DNA from: Halorussus marinus
GTDB lineage: Archaea > Halobacteriota > Halobacteria > Halobacteriales > Haladaptataceae
Assembly (NCBI RefSeq): GCF_004765795.1
Contig: NZ_SBIV01000001.1
Coordinates: forward strand, 186,001 to 250,000
Direction of reading: 5' to 3'
DNA: 64,000 nt
Shown here one piece after another: positions 21,187 through 30,580 of this stretch. The position numbers and the translations under genes are program-made. A model generated the notes under the pieces. That model made no database searches and was not told where the DNA came from. It saw nothing but the letters and a program-made list of their open reading frames with translations. Each line of letters opens with the position of its first letter. The first letter of the stretch is position 1.

Positions 21187-21936
21187 CTACGCCGACTTCG
21201 GCCGGACCACGTCGGCCAGAGTCACCAGCAGGCCGACCAGCCACCCGACCGGCACCGAGATGCCGAACCACATCGCGACGTAGTTGGCGCCTTCGAGCGT
21301 GAACTGCTCGCGCAGGAGGGTGTTGAGCCCCCAGAGGTCGAGCGGGTTGTCGAGGATCCAGATCGCCAGCGTGTAGCTGTTGTCGAGCACGACCGACGAG
21401 AGAGTCGGCGAGTACAGCGCCGCCACCACCGGCGGCAGGAACAGCGCGCTCATCGCGAACGGGTATGCGAGCAGGACGGTGCTCGCCCGGCCGCCTCGGG
21501 TGCCGGTGAGGTACGCCAGCGCGGCCGCGACGGTCGCGATCCCGCCGGCGGCCCCGACCGCCAGAAAGCCGGTCGTCGAGAACCGGAGTCGGGCCAGCGC
21601 GGTCAGCCCGCCCCAGACCAGGATCGAGACCAGAATCACGCCGAGCGCGCCGAGCCGGGTCGCGGTGCCGTCGATCCGCCGGGTGTAGTACCGGACGGCG
21701 AACCCGACGAGAGCGAGGGGGTAGAGCGCCGCGACCACCGGCGCGCCGAGCGCGCTCCACGCCCGATACGCGATCTTGCCCGAGGTCGACGAGGGCTCCC
21801 ACTTGCCGAGGACGCCGGTCTCGGTCCCTCGCTGGCGCGGGAAGAAAAGCGCCATCCAGCTCTCGTGCAGTCGCTTCAGGTCGTACCGTATCGCCCCCGC
21901 GAAGCCCGTGGTGGTTCCGCCGTGCATCTCCACCAT
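21187..21936 (-). CDS. Multi-pass membrane protein of unknown function
   Basis: DLKRLHESWMALFFPRQ, several TM helices, host codon bias; start approximate. Confidence 0.75.
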   Translation of the reverse strand: MVEMHGGTTTGFAGAIRYDLKRLHESWMALFFPRQRGTETGVLGKWEPSSTSGKIAYRAWSALGAPVVAALYPLALVGFAVRYYTRRIDGTATRLGALGVILVSILVWGGLTALARLRFSTTGFLAVGAAGGIATVAAALAYLTGTRGGRASTVLLAYPFAMSALFLPPVVAALYSPTLSSVVLDNSYTLAIWILDNPLDLWGLNTLLREQFTLEGANYVAMWFGISVPVGWLVGLLVTLADVVRPKSA

Positions 21937-22343
21937 TTCATACGAGATGGCCGATATGAAGTTTCGGGATTGGAGGCGGCGCGGGCGGGTCGTGAACGCC
22001 GCGGCGGACGGTCGACGGTGCCGATGCGCGGGAGCCACACCGGCCGGCGAACCACGAGGTCGGACGCGAACGCCGACGGTTCCAGTAGTCGCGGGGCGCA
22101 GTCGACGAGGTCTCGCTGTTTGCTGAGCCTGCGCGGGCGGGTCGCTAACAGAACCCCACGTCCCTGTCGAAATTATCTTCTTCAGATGCGTTCTCGTCCG
22201 AAACAGCTGGTCGCTGAAACGTACGAACTTATCCGAGTTCACCGATAAGACGTGCCGATAGACTACGATCCTGCATCGACCGCAACCGGATCAGAATATG
22301 TCACTGCTCAATATTTTAACGGTCCCGGAAATACGGAACAACA

Positions 22344-23201
22344 ATGGAGTTTACAGAGGGGTTCGATGCTACAGAACCGACACATAGACTCGTCACTCGG
22401 AATCTATCCGGTGTTACGGACTGGGACGATCTCGGCAGTGTGACAGTCGAGAACCGGGCGATTAGCGTTCTGATGGACTACGGAACCGTCGTCCATCTGG
22501 GGCTTGATCCAAACCACGCTCAATTTGAGACGGTACAACGGGAGCTCATGCAGGTCCCCGACTCGAAACGTATCTTTGTCGGTTCGGGGCACGAATTTCG
22601 AGCGTCGCTTCCCGAGGACCGACCGTTGATCGAGTCATTACTCGAAATCCCGGACGGTGATACTGATGGGTGGACGGACCGTCTGTTCTCCGTCGTCGAA
22701 CTTGCAGTTCTGACCAACCACTCGTGGCTGTATCGCTCAGTGCCCCACGAGGCCCATATCCGAGAAATCAACGCGGGGGGCCAGGAGGAAGTGATTGAGA
22801 AACTGAACGAGACACTTGCTCAGGTGCAAGGTTCGGCTGTTGTTCCGTTCGGTGGGGTCGCCTCTTGGACTGCTGGCGGTACCACGTACGATCTGAAATG
22901 GGACTCGCTCTATTGCTCCGATACCGAGAAGAGCGCGTCGTACGATTTAGAACGATTGAAGCAGGTGATTGGACTGTTTTCTGCGGGTGTCCTCCGTCTC
23001 GATTGGAAGCCGGTATCCGAGGGGTCGTTACTCGGTCGAATGGTTTGGCGAGTCGTAGATTCAGAGAGCGCTACTCCACCAGCACGAGTCGAGATACCTA
23101 CTGGTGAAGCCGGAGAACGGATACTGGATGCGTTCCGTCAGCTCCGTGCGGAACTCGGATATGAATACGCTGTCGAGACGGCTTCGGATCAGCATCCCTG
23201 A
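22344..23201 (+). CDS. Hypothetical protein in a lower-GC segment
   Basis: 285-aa acidic ORF with many A/T-ending codons; TATTTTAA about 25 nt upstream. Confidence 0.7.
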   Translation: MEFTEGFDATEPTHRLVTRNLSGVTDWDDLGSVTVENRAISVLMDYGTVVHLGLDPNHAQFETVQRELMQVPDSKRIFVGSGHEFRASLPEDRPLIESLLEIPDGDTDGWTDRLFSVVELAVLTNHSWLYRSVPHEAHIREINAGGQEEVIEKLNETLAQVQGSAVVPFGGVASWTAGGTTYDLKWDSLYCSDTEKSASYDLERLKQVIGLFSAGVLRLDWKPVSEGSLLGRMVWRVVDSESATPPARVEIPTGEAGERILDAFRQLRAELGYEYAVETASDQHP

Positions 23202-23293
23202 TCAGCGTAGAGTCGCTAATTGGTTCGTCTGTACCGACCGATCGAGGATACAAACCGATCACCTACTAAGCGGTCCAACAGAGCCAGACGCAC

Positions 23294-23692
23294 CTATTCG
23301 AGATACGAATGGTGATACGAAGCCCCGTAGACGATAACGAACAGGACGAACCCGAGACCCCCGAAGAAGATCCGGCCCGAGACGTTTGTTGGCGTGATCA
23401 GGTGTCGCAGACGCACGTCGAAAAGGAGGCCGGCGACGACGGATAACACGACGGACGCGACGAGGAGGCCTTTCCAGACTCGCCACGCCAGATCCCACAA
23501 TCGGGAAAGAGAGTACGACCGGCGGGTGTAGAGCAGACCGACGAGCACGCTATACCCGAGAGCGATCGCAAGCCACCACCGCGGCCTCAGTACTGCGATG
23601 GCGCCGAGAAAGTACCAGAACAGTGGAACGGACACGACGAAAAAAGCCGCGAGCGAAGAGAGGAATCGATAGTTCTGGCGGTCGTCTGTCAT
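23294..23692 (-). CDS. Hypothetical four-TM membrane protein
   Basis: 132 aa with four hydrophobic segments; atypical codon usage. Confidence 0.6.
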   Translation of the reverse strand: MTDDRQNYRFLSSLAAFFVVSVPLFWYFLGAIAVLRPRWWLAIALGYSVLVGLLYTRRSYSLSRLWDLAWRVWKGLLVASVVLSVVAGLLFDVRLRHLITPTNVSGRIFFGGLGFVLFVIVYGASYHHSYLE

Positions 23693-23888
23693 TTCACTAC
23701 ACCATCCTCGGTGGAATCACGTCAGTTTGTCGTACGATCTACGAGCAGGCGAGATTCGGACAGAAAGGGCGGCGACTGCGCTACCCCCGGCGATGAATTC
23801 CCAAAACGTCCACAAACGGCGTTGATTTACTGAATCCGCGGAAACGCAACGCGGCGTGCGAAAGCCGTCACCGGTCCGACCCTCCGGC

Positions 23889-24719
23889 TCAGTTCCAGGG
23901 GCCGAAGTCGGGGTCGACCTGTCGCTCACGGGTGTCGATCGACTCGATCTTTGCGACGTCTTCGTCGTCGAGGTCGAGGTCGCGGGCGCCCCAGTTGTCG
24001 AGGATGTGCTCCTCGCTGGTCGCCTTCGGGATCGCGGCGACGCCGTCGCGCTGGAGGAGCCACGCGAGGCTGACCTGCGCGGGCGAGGCGTCGTGCTTCT
24101 CGGCGACGTCCTGAATCTCGGGCACGTCGAACACTTCGCCGCGGGCCAGCGGCGAGTACGCCACGAGGTTGATGTCGTGTTCGCGGCCGTACTCGACCAG
24201 TTCGTCCTGCGGGAGCAGGGGGTGCATCTCGACCTGATTCGCGAATACGGGCGCGTCGAGGATCTCGCGGGCCTCGTCGAGGTGGCGCGGCTCGAAGTTC
24301 GAGACCCCGACGTTCTCGATCAGTCCCTCCTCGTAGAGCTGATCGAACGCCGAGAGGGTGCCCTCGGGGTCGTACTCGTTGGCGGGCCAGTGGACGTACA
24401 GCAGGTCGACGTAGTCGACCCCGAGCTTGTCGAGGCTCTCCTCGGCCGTCGAGAGCACGTCGTCGTGGGCGAGGTTGCTCGTCCAGATTTTGGTGGCGAG
24501 GAACACGTCCTCGCGGTCGACGTCGGCGGCGGCGATCCCCTCGCCGACCGACTCCTCGTTGTCGTAGGCCTGCGCCGTGTCGATGTGTCGGTACCCCGCT
24601 TCGAGCGCGGTCCGGACGCTCTCTGCACACTGGTCGCCCTCGGTGTTCTGCCACGTTCCGAGACCGAGTCGCGGCATCTCGTCTAACATCTCGTCGTCGG
24701 TGAGTTCAGTCGAAGCCAT
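23889..24719 (-). CDS. Aldo/keto reductase
   Basis: LGLGTW, GYRHIDTAQAY, DLLYVHWP, GVSNF, NQVE, AYSPLARG and IPKAT. Confidence 0.92.
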   Translation of the reverse strand: MASTELTDDEMLDEMPRLGLGTWQNTEGDQCAESVRTALEAGYRHIDTAQAYDNEESVGEGIAAADVDREDVFLATKIWTSNLAHDDVLSTAEESLDKLGVDYVDLLYVHWPANEYDPEGTLSAFDQLYEEGLIENVGVSNFEPRHLDEAREILDAPVFANQVEMHPLLPQDELVEYGREHDINLVAYSPLARGEVFDVPEIQDVAEKHDASPAQVSLAWLLQRDGVAAIPKATSEEHILDNWGARDLDLDDEDVAKIESIDTRERQVDPDFGPWN

Positions 24720-24872
24720 AGCGTCCCGGTCTTGGATCAGCCGGGGGAAAGTGGTTTCGACAACGGAAATCCGCGCCGTGAGCCGTCGGCGCCCGCTCGC
24801 AGTACCTGCCGGAACCGAAGGAAATATTTTTAACCCGGCTACCGTATGTGGCTCAATAGCAAGGTCAGAGCG

Positions 24873-25574
24873 ATGATAGACACCACGCTGGACATCGAGC
24901 AGTACGACTGTCCCTTCATCGCCACCACCGACGAGCACGGCGTCGGCTTCTCGGCCATCCAGTGGGACTTCGACCGGGTCGAAGACCGACTCGAGACTCG
25001 GATGGTCGTCGAGGCCGACGACCGCGAGGCGCTCACGGTCGGACTCTCGGCGCTCCGGGACCGGGAGAACGTCCGCGAGTACGGGCTGTTGACCCGCCGG
25101 GGGAACGTCGCGCACATCCGCACCGTCATCGGCGAGACCGACGCGATGGCCGCGATCAGGGACAACGGCGGCTACATCACGGGGCCGTTCTACATCGAGG
25201 ACGGTAGCGAGATCTGGCACGTCGGCTTCGACGACGTCGAGGCCGCCGACACCACCCTCTCGGAGCTCGAACGCGACAACGAGTTCGACGTGCTCGACCG
25301 CGAGAACACCGAGCTCCCCGAGATGCAGGACTTCGTCCAGAACGCGGGCGCGGCGATGACGCTCATCGAGGGGTGTCGGGACCTCTCGGACGTCGAGCGC
25401 CAGACCCTCGAGACCGCGGTCTCGGACGGCTACTTCGAGAGCCCCCGCGGGGCGACGCTGGGCCACCTCGCCGACGAGTTCGACGTCTCGAAGCCCGCGG
25501 TCTCGAAGAACCTCCGGCGGGGCCAACAGAAGATGATCCAGCGAGTCATCGAGGCGATGGACGAACTGGAGTGA
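24873..25574 (+). CDS. Bacterio-opsin-activator-type (HTH_10) transcription regulator
   Basis: C-terminal LSDVERQTLETAVSDGYFESPRGATLGHLADEFDVSKPAVSKNLRRG. Confidence 0.85.
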   Translation: MIDTTLDIEQYDCPFIATTDEHGVGFSAIQWDFDRVEDRLETRMVVEADDREALTVGLSALRDRENVREYGLLTRRGNVAHIRTVIGETDAMAAIRDNGGYITGPFYIEDGSEIWHVGFDDVEAADTTLSELERDNEFDVLDRENTELPEMQDFVQNAGAAMTLIEGCRDLSDVERQTLETAVSDGYFESPRGATLGHLADEFDVSKPAVSKNLRRGQQKMIQRVIEAMDELE

Positions 25575-25576
25575 GC

Positions 25577-26425
25577 CTACTCGTAGGTCAGCGTCATCCC
25601 GCCGTCGAAGCGCAGGTCCCCGCCGTTGAGGTGACTCGCGTGCCGGGAGAAGCCGAACGCGAACAGGTTCGCGACCTCCGCGGGCGCCATCATCTCGTCG
25701 GTCCGCGACTGGCCGAGCATCACGTCCTCGACGACCTCCCGAACCGAGACGCCCCGCTGGTCGGCGGTCTCCGGTATCTGGTCGGTCACGAGCGGCGTCT
25801 TGACGTAGCCCGTACTGACCGAGAACGACCGCACGTCGCCGTCGCCCTCGGCCGCGATCGACTGGGTGAGCCCCCGAAGTCCGAACTTCGCGACGTTGTA
25901 CGCGACCTTGTCGGCGGTCGTGTAGTGGCCGTGGACCGACGCCATGTTGCCGACACAGCCGAACCCGCGCTCGCGCATCCGGGGCAGGCAGTGCTTGGCG
26001 AGTTCGACCGGCGCGCGCACCATCACGTCCTGCATCGCGTCGTAGACGTCCATCGGAAACTCCTCGATGGGATCGACGTGTTGCATCCCGGCGACGTTCG
26101 CGAGGAAGGCGACGGTTCCGTGGTCGGCGGCCGCCTCGACGATCTCGGGAACGTCTTCCCGGAGGTCGCCCGCGACCGTCTCGACCCGGCCCTCGACGCC
26201 GAGTTCCGCGGCCGTCTCGACGGTTCCGTCGAGCCCGGCCTCGTCGATGTCCGTGGCCACGACGGTGAGCCCGTTCGCGGCCATCGCGAGCGCGGTCGCC
26301 CGCCCGATGCCGGAGGCCGCGCCCGTCACCAGACAGACGTTCTCCGGGGTGAATCGGTCGTCCTCGAGCACGAGAAAGTCCTCGAGCGAGAGTTCCGGCA
26401 CGTCGATGTGGTCGGCGTCGGACAT
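25577..26425 (-). CDS. SDR oxidoreductase, 3-hydroxybutyrate dehydrogenase-like
   Basis: TGAASGIG, AGMQHVDPIEEFP, MASVHG, KVAYNVAKFG and GYVKTPLV resemble BdhA-type motifs. Confidence 0.75.
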   Translation of the reverse strand: MSDADHIDVPELSLEDFLVLEDDRFTPENVCLVTGAASGIGRATALAMAANGLTVVATDIDEAGLDGTVETAAELGVEGRVETVAGDLREDVPEIVEAAADHGTVAFLANVAGMQHVDPIEEFPMDVYDAMQDVMVRAPVELAKHCLPRMRERGFGCVGNMASVHGHYTTADKVAYNVAKFGLRGLTQSIAAEGDGDVRSFSVSTGYVKTPLVTDQIPETADQRGVSVREVVEDVMLGQSRTDEMMAPAEVANLFAFGFSRHASHLNGGDLRFDGGMTLTYE

Positions 26426-26453
26426 ACCTCCCTACGCGAACCGAATCAGTGAA

Positions 26454-26506
26454 TAACCGCGGGTTAATTGATGAATGCGAGACAGTGCTTCACATGTTAA
26501 CCCCGC
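26454..26506. promoter_or_regulatory. Divergent promoter with TAACC/GGTTA inverted repeats
   Basis: TAACC-GCG-GGTTA at 26454-26466; GCGGGTTAA ... TTAACCCCGC. Confidence 0.4.
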
Positions 26507-26543
26507 AAACTTTGCCGGATAGAACGCCTCTGTTCGACTCGTC

Positions 26544-27971
26544 ATGGTGGACGACAGCGTTTCACGGCGGCGATGGCTCACTGCACTCGGCGGGGCCGGT
26601 GTGGCCGGACTCGCCGGCTGTACGGGCGGCGAGGGCGAACAGGAGACGACGACCGACGGGACGACTACGGAAGGCGACTCAGGCATGACGGAAACGACGG
26701 CGACGACGACCGAACAGGCGACCGCGTCGGGCGCGGTCAAGATCGGGGTGCTCCAGCCGACCTCCAGCGACCTCCAGTACTACGGGAAACAGGCGCTGTG
26801 GGGATTCTACTCCGGGCTGGCGTACAAGGGCGACACCGACCCGATCGACAGCGCGAGCACGGGGACCTACACCACGTCGGTCGGCGACGTCGACTACGAA
26901 CTCGTGGTACGGGACACCCAGTTCGCGGCCGATCGGGCCCAGTCGCTCGCGACCGATCTCGTCCAGAGCGAGGACGTAGACATGCTGTTCGGCTGTGCGT
27001 CGTCGGGGGCGGCCAACCGCGTCATCAACACGGTCGCGAAGCAGGCCCAGGTGCCGTACATGGTCGGGCCCGCGGCGTCGGCCGACGTGACCGCGAGCGG
27101 CGAGACCTGCGGCGACCTCGTCTTCCGCGCGAGCGAGAACACCGCGATGGACGCCCGGTCGGGCGGCAAGTACGTCGCCGAGGAGACCGACGTGAGCTCG
27201 GTGTACCTGTTCGGCGCCGACTACTCGTTCGGCCGGGCGGTCGTGAACAACTACGAGCAGGTCCTCCGCGAGGAGGGCGTCGAGATCCTCGACAAGAAGT
27301 TCGTCCCGCAGGGGTACTCCGAGTGGGAGGGACTGCTCGACAACGCCCAGGACGCCGGGGCGGAGGGCATCGTCGGCGGGTTCACCGTCGCGACGCTCCC
27401 GAAACTGTTCACCGCGTTTCTCAACGGCGACTACGACTACCGGGTGTTCGGCGGCCTCGCGACCCGGATCACCAATCAGGTCGTGGGCCAGACCCTCCAG
27501 AAGGCGCTCGGGGACCTGACCGCCGAGAAGATCGCCGACGCCAAACTCGGCCCGTTCACGACGCGGTACCACTGGAACCAGTACGAGAACGACATCAACG
27601 CCGAGTTCGTCGAGACCTACACCGACACCTACGGCGTGGTGCCGGACCTGTTCACGTCGGGGTGTTTCACCGCGGCGTCGGCCATCTCGCAGGCGGTCAC
27701 CGAGAGCGGCTCGACCGAGGGCGCCGACATCGCTCAGGCCCTGCGCGGGATGACCGTCCGAGACACCCCGAAGGGCGAGGGCGGCTACACGTTCCAGGAG
27801 TACAACAATCAGGCCCGGTCGGCGATGACCGTGGCCGATCTCGTGCCGACGAGCGACGAGTGGGCCGACAACTGGGACGCGGCCGTGATGCCGAGCGAGC
27901 CCCTCTCGACTATCGGGAAGGACAAGACCACGATCCCCGCCGAGGGGAACCAAATGGGCTGTTCGCTGTAG
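26544..27971 (+). CDS. Liv-type ABC transporter substrate-binding Tat lipoprotein
   Basis: SRRRWL twin-arginine motif, LAGC lipobox, Thr-rich linker; [14 protein letters not shown] and DYSFG. Confidence 0.9.
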   Translation: MVDDSVSRRRWLTALGGAGVAGLAGCTGGEGEQETTTDGTTTEGDSGMTETTATTTEQATASGAVKIGVLQPTSSDLQYYGKQALWGFYSGLAYKGDTDPIDSASTGTYTTSVGDVDYELVVRDTQFAADRAQSLATDLVQSEDVDMLFGCASSGAANRVINTVAKQAQVPYMVGPAASADVTASGETCGDLVFRASENTAMDARSGGKYVAEETDVSSVYLFGADYSFGRAVVNNYEQVLREEGVEILDKKFVPQGYSEWEGLLDNAQDAGAEGIVGGFTVATLPKLFTAFLNGDYDYRVFGGLATRITNQVVGQTLQKALGDLTAEKIADAKLGPFTTRYHWNQYENDINAEFVETYTDTYGVVPDLFTSGCFTAASAISQAVTESGSTEGADIAQALRGMTVRDTPKGEGGYTFQEYNNQARSAMTVADLVPTSDEWADNWDAAVMPSEPLSTIGKDKTTIPAEGNQMGCSL

Positions 27972-27973
27972 GC

Positions 27974-28789
27974 ATGCTGCGGACTGCCGGACTGACGAAG
28001 GAGTTCGGCGGCCTCACGGCCGTCGACGACGTCGATTTCGAACTCGAAGACGGCGAACTCTGCTCGCTCATCGGGCCGAACGGCGCGGGCAAGACGACGT
28101 TCTTCGACCTGCTGACGGGCGTACTGACCCCCACGCGGGGAACCATCGAGATCCGAGCCGACGAGGGGTGGCGCGACGTGACCGACGCGACGCCCTACGA
28201 GGCCGCGAACCTCGGACTCCACCGGTCGTACCAGATCACCAACGTCTTCCCGACGAGCACGGTGCTGGAGAACGTCCGGATCGCGGCTCAGGCCGCCAGC
28301 GCCGACGGCGCGAAGCTCTGGCGCAACGCCGGGGCGTTCGACGCCCACATCGAGGAGGCCCGCGCCATCCTCGACCGGGTCGGGCTCGCCGACGAGGCCG
28401 AGGCGACCGCCGACAGCCTGAGCCACGGCGCGAAACGCCAGCTCGAAGTCGCCATCGCGCTCGCGGGCGACCCCGACGTGCTCTTGCTCGATGAACCGAA
28501 CGCCGGCGTCTCCTCCGAGAGCGTCGACCGCATCATCGAGCTCATCGAGGACGTCGCGACCGACCACGCGGTCCTGCTGGTCGAGCACAACATGGACATC
28601 GTGATGAACGTCTCGGACCGCATCGTGGTCCTGAATCAGGGCGCGGTCATCGCCGACGGTCCTCCGGAAGACGTGCGGGGCGATCCCGCGGTCCAAGAGG
28701 CGTACCTCGGCGGCTACGAGGCCGGGAGTCTGCGCCGCGAGGCCGAAAGCGAAACCGCCGGGACCGACCCGGAGGAGGGGACGGCGTGA
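27974..28789 (+). CDS. livG: ABC ATP-binding protein (LivG-like)
   Basis: [19 protein letters not shown] and VEHNM. Confidence 0.88.
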   Translation: MLRTAGLTKEFGGLTAVDDVDFELEDGELCSLIGPNGAGKTTFFDLLTGVLTPTRGTIEIRADEGWRDVTDATPYEAANLGLHRSYQITNVFPTSTVLENVRIAAQAASADGAKLWRNAGAFDAHIEEARAILDRVGLADEAEATADSLSHGAKRQLEVAIALAGDPDVLLLDEPNAGVSSESVDRIIELIEDVATDHAVLLVEHNMDIVMNVSDRIVVLNQGAVIADGPPEDVRGDPAVQEAYLGGYEAGSLRREAESETAGTDPEEGTA

Positions 28790-28829
28790 GCGCAGACGGA
28801 CCCACCGACTGCTCGAAGGAGCTGATCGA

Positions 28830-29528
28830 ATGACACTGCTCGAAGTCGAAGACGCCCACACCTACTACGGCGAGAGCCACATCCTCGAAGGCGTCTCGCT
28901 CGAAGTCGAGGAGGGCGAGGTCGTCGCGCTCGTCGGCCGGAACGGGGTGGGCAAGACCACGACGCTCCGAACCGTCCTCCAGCTCACCCCGCCCCGGCGC
29001 GGGACCGTCCGGCTCCGCGGCGAGGACGTGACCGGCCGGGAGACCCACGAGATCGCCGACCGCGGCGTCGGCTGGATCCCCGAGGAGCGACGCATCTTCG
29101 CACAGCTGTCGGTCGAGGAGAACGTCCGGGTCGCGGTCCCCGACGGGCGGGCGGTCGGCGCGGCGCTCGACCGCGCGTTCGAGACGTTCCCCGACCTCCG
29201 GGACCACCGGAGCCGGGACGCCGGCACCCTCTCGGGGGGCCAACAGCAGATGCTCGCGCTGGCCCGCGGGCTGGTCGGAGACAACGACCTGCTTCTGGTC
29301 GACGAGCCAAGCGAGGGGCTCGCGCCGCTGATCGTCGAGCGCGTCGCCGAGGCGCTGGCCGACGCGGCCGAGGACACCACCCTCCTGCTGGTCGAGCAGA
29401 ACCTCCCGCTGGCGCTCGATCTGGCCGACCGCTTTTACGTGATCGACAACGGCTCGGTCGTCGACGAGGGGGACGCCGCCGAGACGTCCGCCGACGACGA
29501 GCGGCTCAGGAGGTATCTCTCGGCATGA
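28830..29528 (+). CDS. livF: ABC ATP-binding protein (LivF-like)
   Basis: GRNGVGKTT, LSGGQQQM, DEPSEGLAP and VEQN. Confidence 0.88.
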   Translation: MTLLEVEDAHTYYGESHILEGVSLEVEEGEVVALVGRNGVGKTTTLRTVLQLTPPRRGTVRLRGEDVTGRETHEIADRGVGWIPEERRIFAQLSVEENVRVAVPDGRAVGAALDRAFETFPDLRDHRSRDAGTLSGGQQQMLALARGLVGDNDLLLVDEPSEGLAPLIVERVAEALADAAEDTTLLLVEQNLPLALDLADRFYVIDNGSVVDEGDAAETSADDERLRRYLSA

Positions 29529-30580
29529 CGGGGGTCGCCGTCGGCGCGGTCGGGCTCGACTCGGCGCTCGCCGACCCCGTCGTGCTCGCGGGCTTCGTCG
29601 ACGCGCTCGCGGAGTTCCTCCGGCCGCGCAACCTCGCGTCGGTGTTCGTCGACGGCCTCGCGAAGGCCGCGCTGTACGTGATGATCGCCGGCGGGCTCAC
29701 TCTCATCTTCGGCCTGATGGGCGTCCTGAACTTCGCCCACGGCTCGATGACGATGATCGGGGCGTATCTGGGCGGCCTGCTGATGGTGTTGGCGGTCGGG
29801 CAGGCCACCGGCGACGCGGCGCGGCTCGCGCTGTTTTTCGTCGCGCTCGCGGTCACGTTCGCGGCCCTCGCCGGGCTCGGGGGCGCGATCGAGATCGGGC
29901 TTGTCAGGCGGCTCTACGACCGGCCGCCGGTGTACCAGATCCTCCTGACCTTTGGGGTCACGCTCGTGCTCGACGAACTCGTCCGCATCGTGGTGCTGTT
30001 CTACGGGATGCAGCCCACCAGCGACTGGCAGGCCGCGCTCGCGACCAAGCCCGGCGTCCTCGACTCGTCGGTCGATCTCGGACTCGTCTCGGTGCCGGGC
30101 CTCGACCTGTTCGAGATCGCGATCGGCGCGCTCACGGTCGCGGGACTGTGGGCGTTCCTCACGAAGACCCGGTACGGGCTGATGATCCGGGCCGGTAGCG
30201 AGGACGCCGAGATGACCGAGGCGCTCGGGATCGACGTCCGCCGGGTGTTCACGGTGGTGTTCGCGCTCGGCGCGGGCGTCGCCGGCGTCGCCGGCACCCT
30301 GCTGATGTGGGACGGCTCGTGGGCCGCCAGCGTCCCGCTCGCGGCCGACACGCTCCTGCCGGCGTTCGTCGTGGTCATCATCGGTGGGCTCGGCACCTTC
30401 CGGGGCACCGTGGTCGCCGCCCTCATCGTCGGGATGGCCGACGCCGTCACGACGTGGTGGTTCGTCAACGAGATCGAGTTCTCGGGACTGCCCGAGATCA
30501 CCATCTTCCTCATCCTCGTGGTGATGTTGATCCTCCGGCCCCAGGGGCTGTTCGGCGTCGAGGAGGTGGGCGGCCATTAG
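29525..30580 (+). CDS. livH: ABC permease (LivH-like)
   Basis: GLTLIFGLMGVLNFAHG, IIGGLG and LRPQGLFG. Confidence 0.88.
   Translation: MTGVAVGAVGLDSALADPVVLAGFVDALAEFLRPRNLASVFVDGLAKAALYVMIAGGLTLIFGLMGVLNFAHGSMTMIGAYLGGLLMVLAVGQATGDAARLALFFVALAVTFAALAGLGGAIEIGLVRRLYDRPPVYQILLTFGVTLVLDELVRIVVLFYGMQPTSDWQAALATKPGVLDSSVDLGLVSVPGLDLFEIAIGALTVAGLWAFLTKTRYGLMIRAGSEDAEMTEALGIDVRRVFTVVFALGAGVAGVAGTLLMWDGSWAASVPLAADTLLPAFVVVIIGGLGTFRGTVVAALIVGMADAVTTWWFVNEIEFSGLPEITIFLILVVMLILRPQGLFGVEEVGGH

Noticed and set aside
21937..22242. N-terminal extension of the 21187 membrane protein into the lower-GC segment
   Set aside because: Basic, low-complexity sequence crossing a composition boundary; probably a chance open frame, although a gene remnant at 22130-22242 cannot be excluded.
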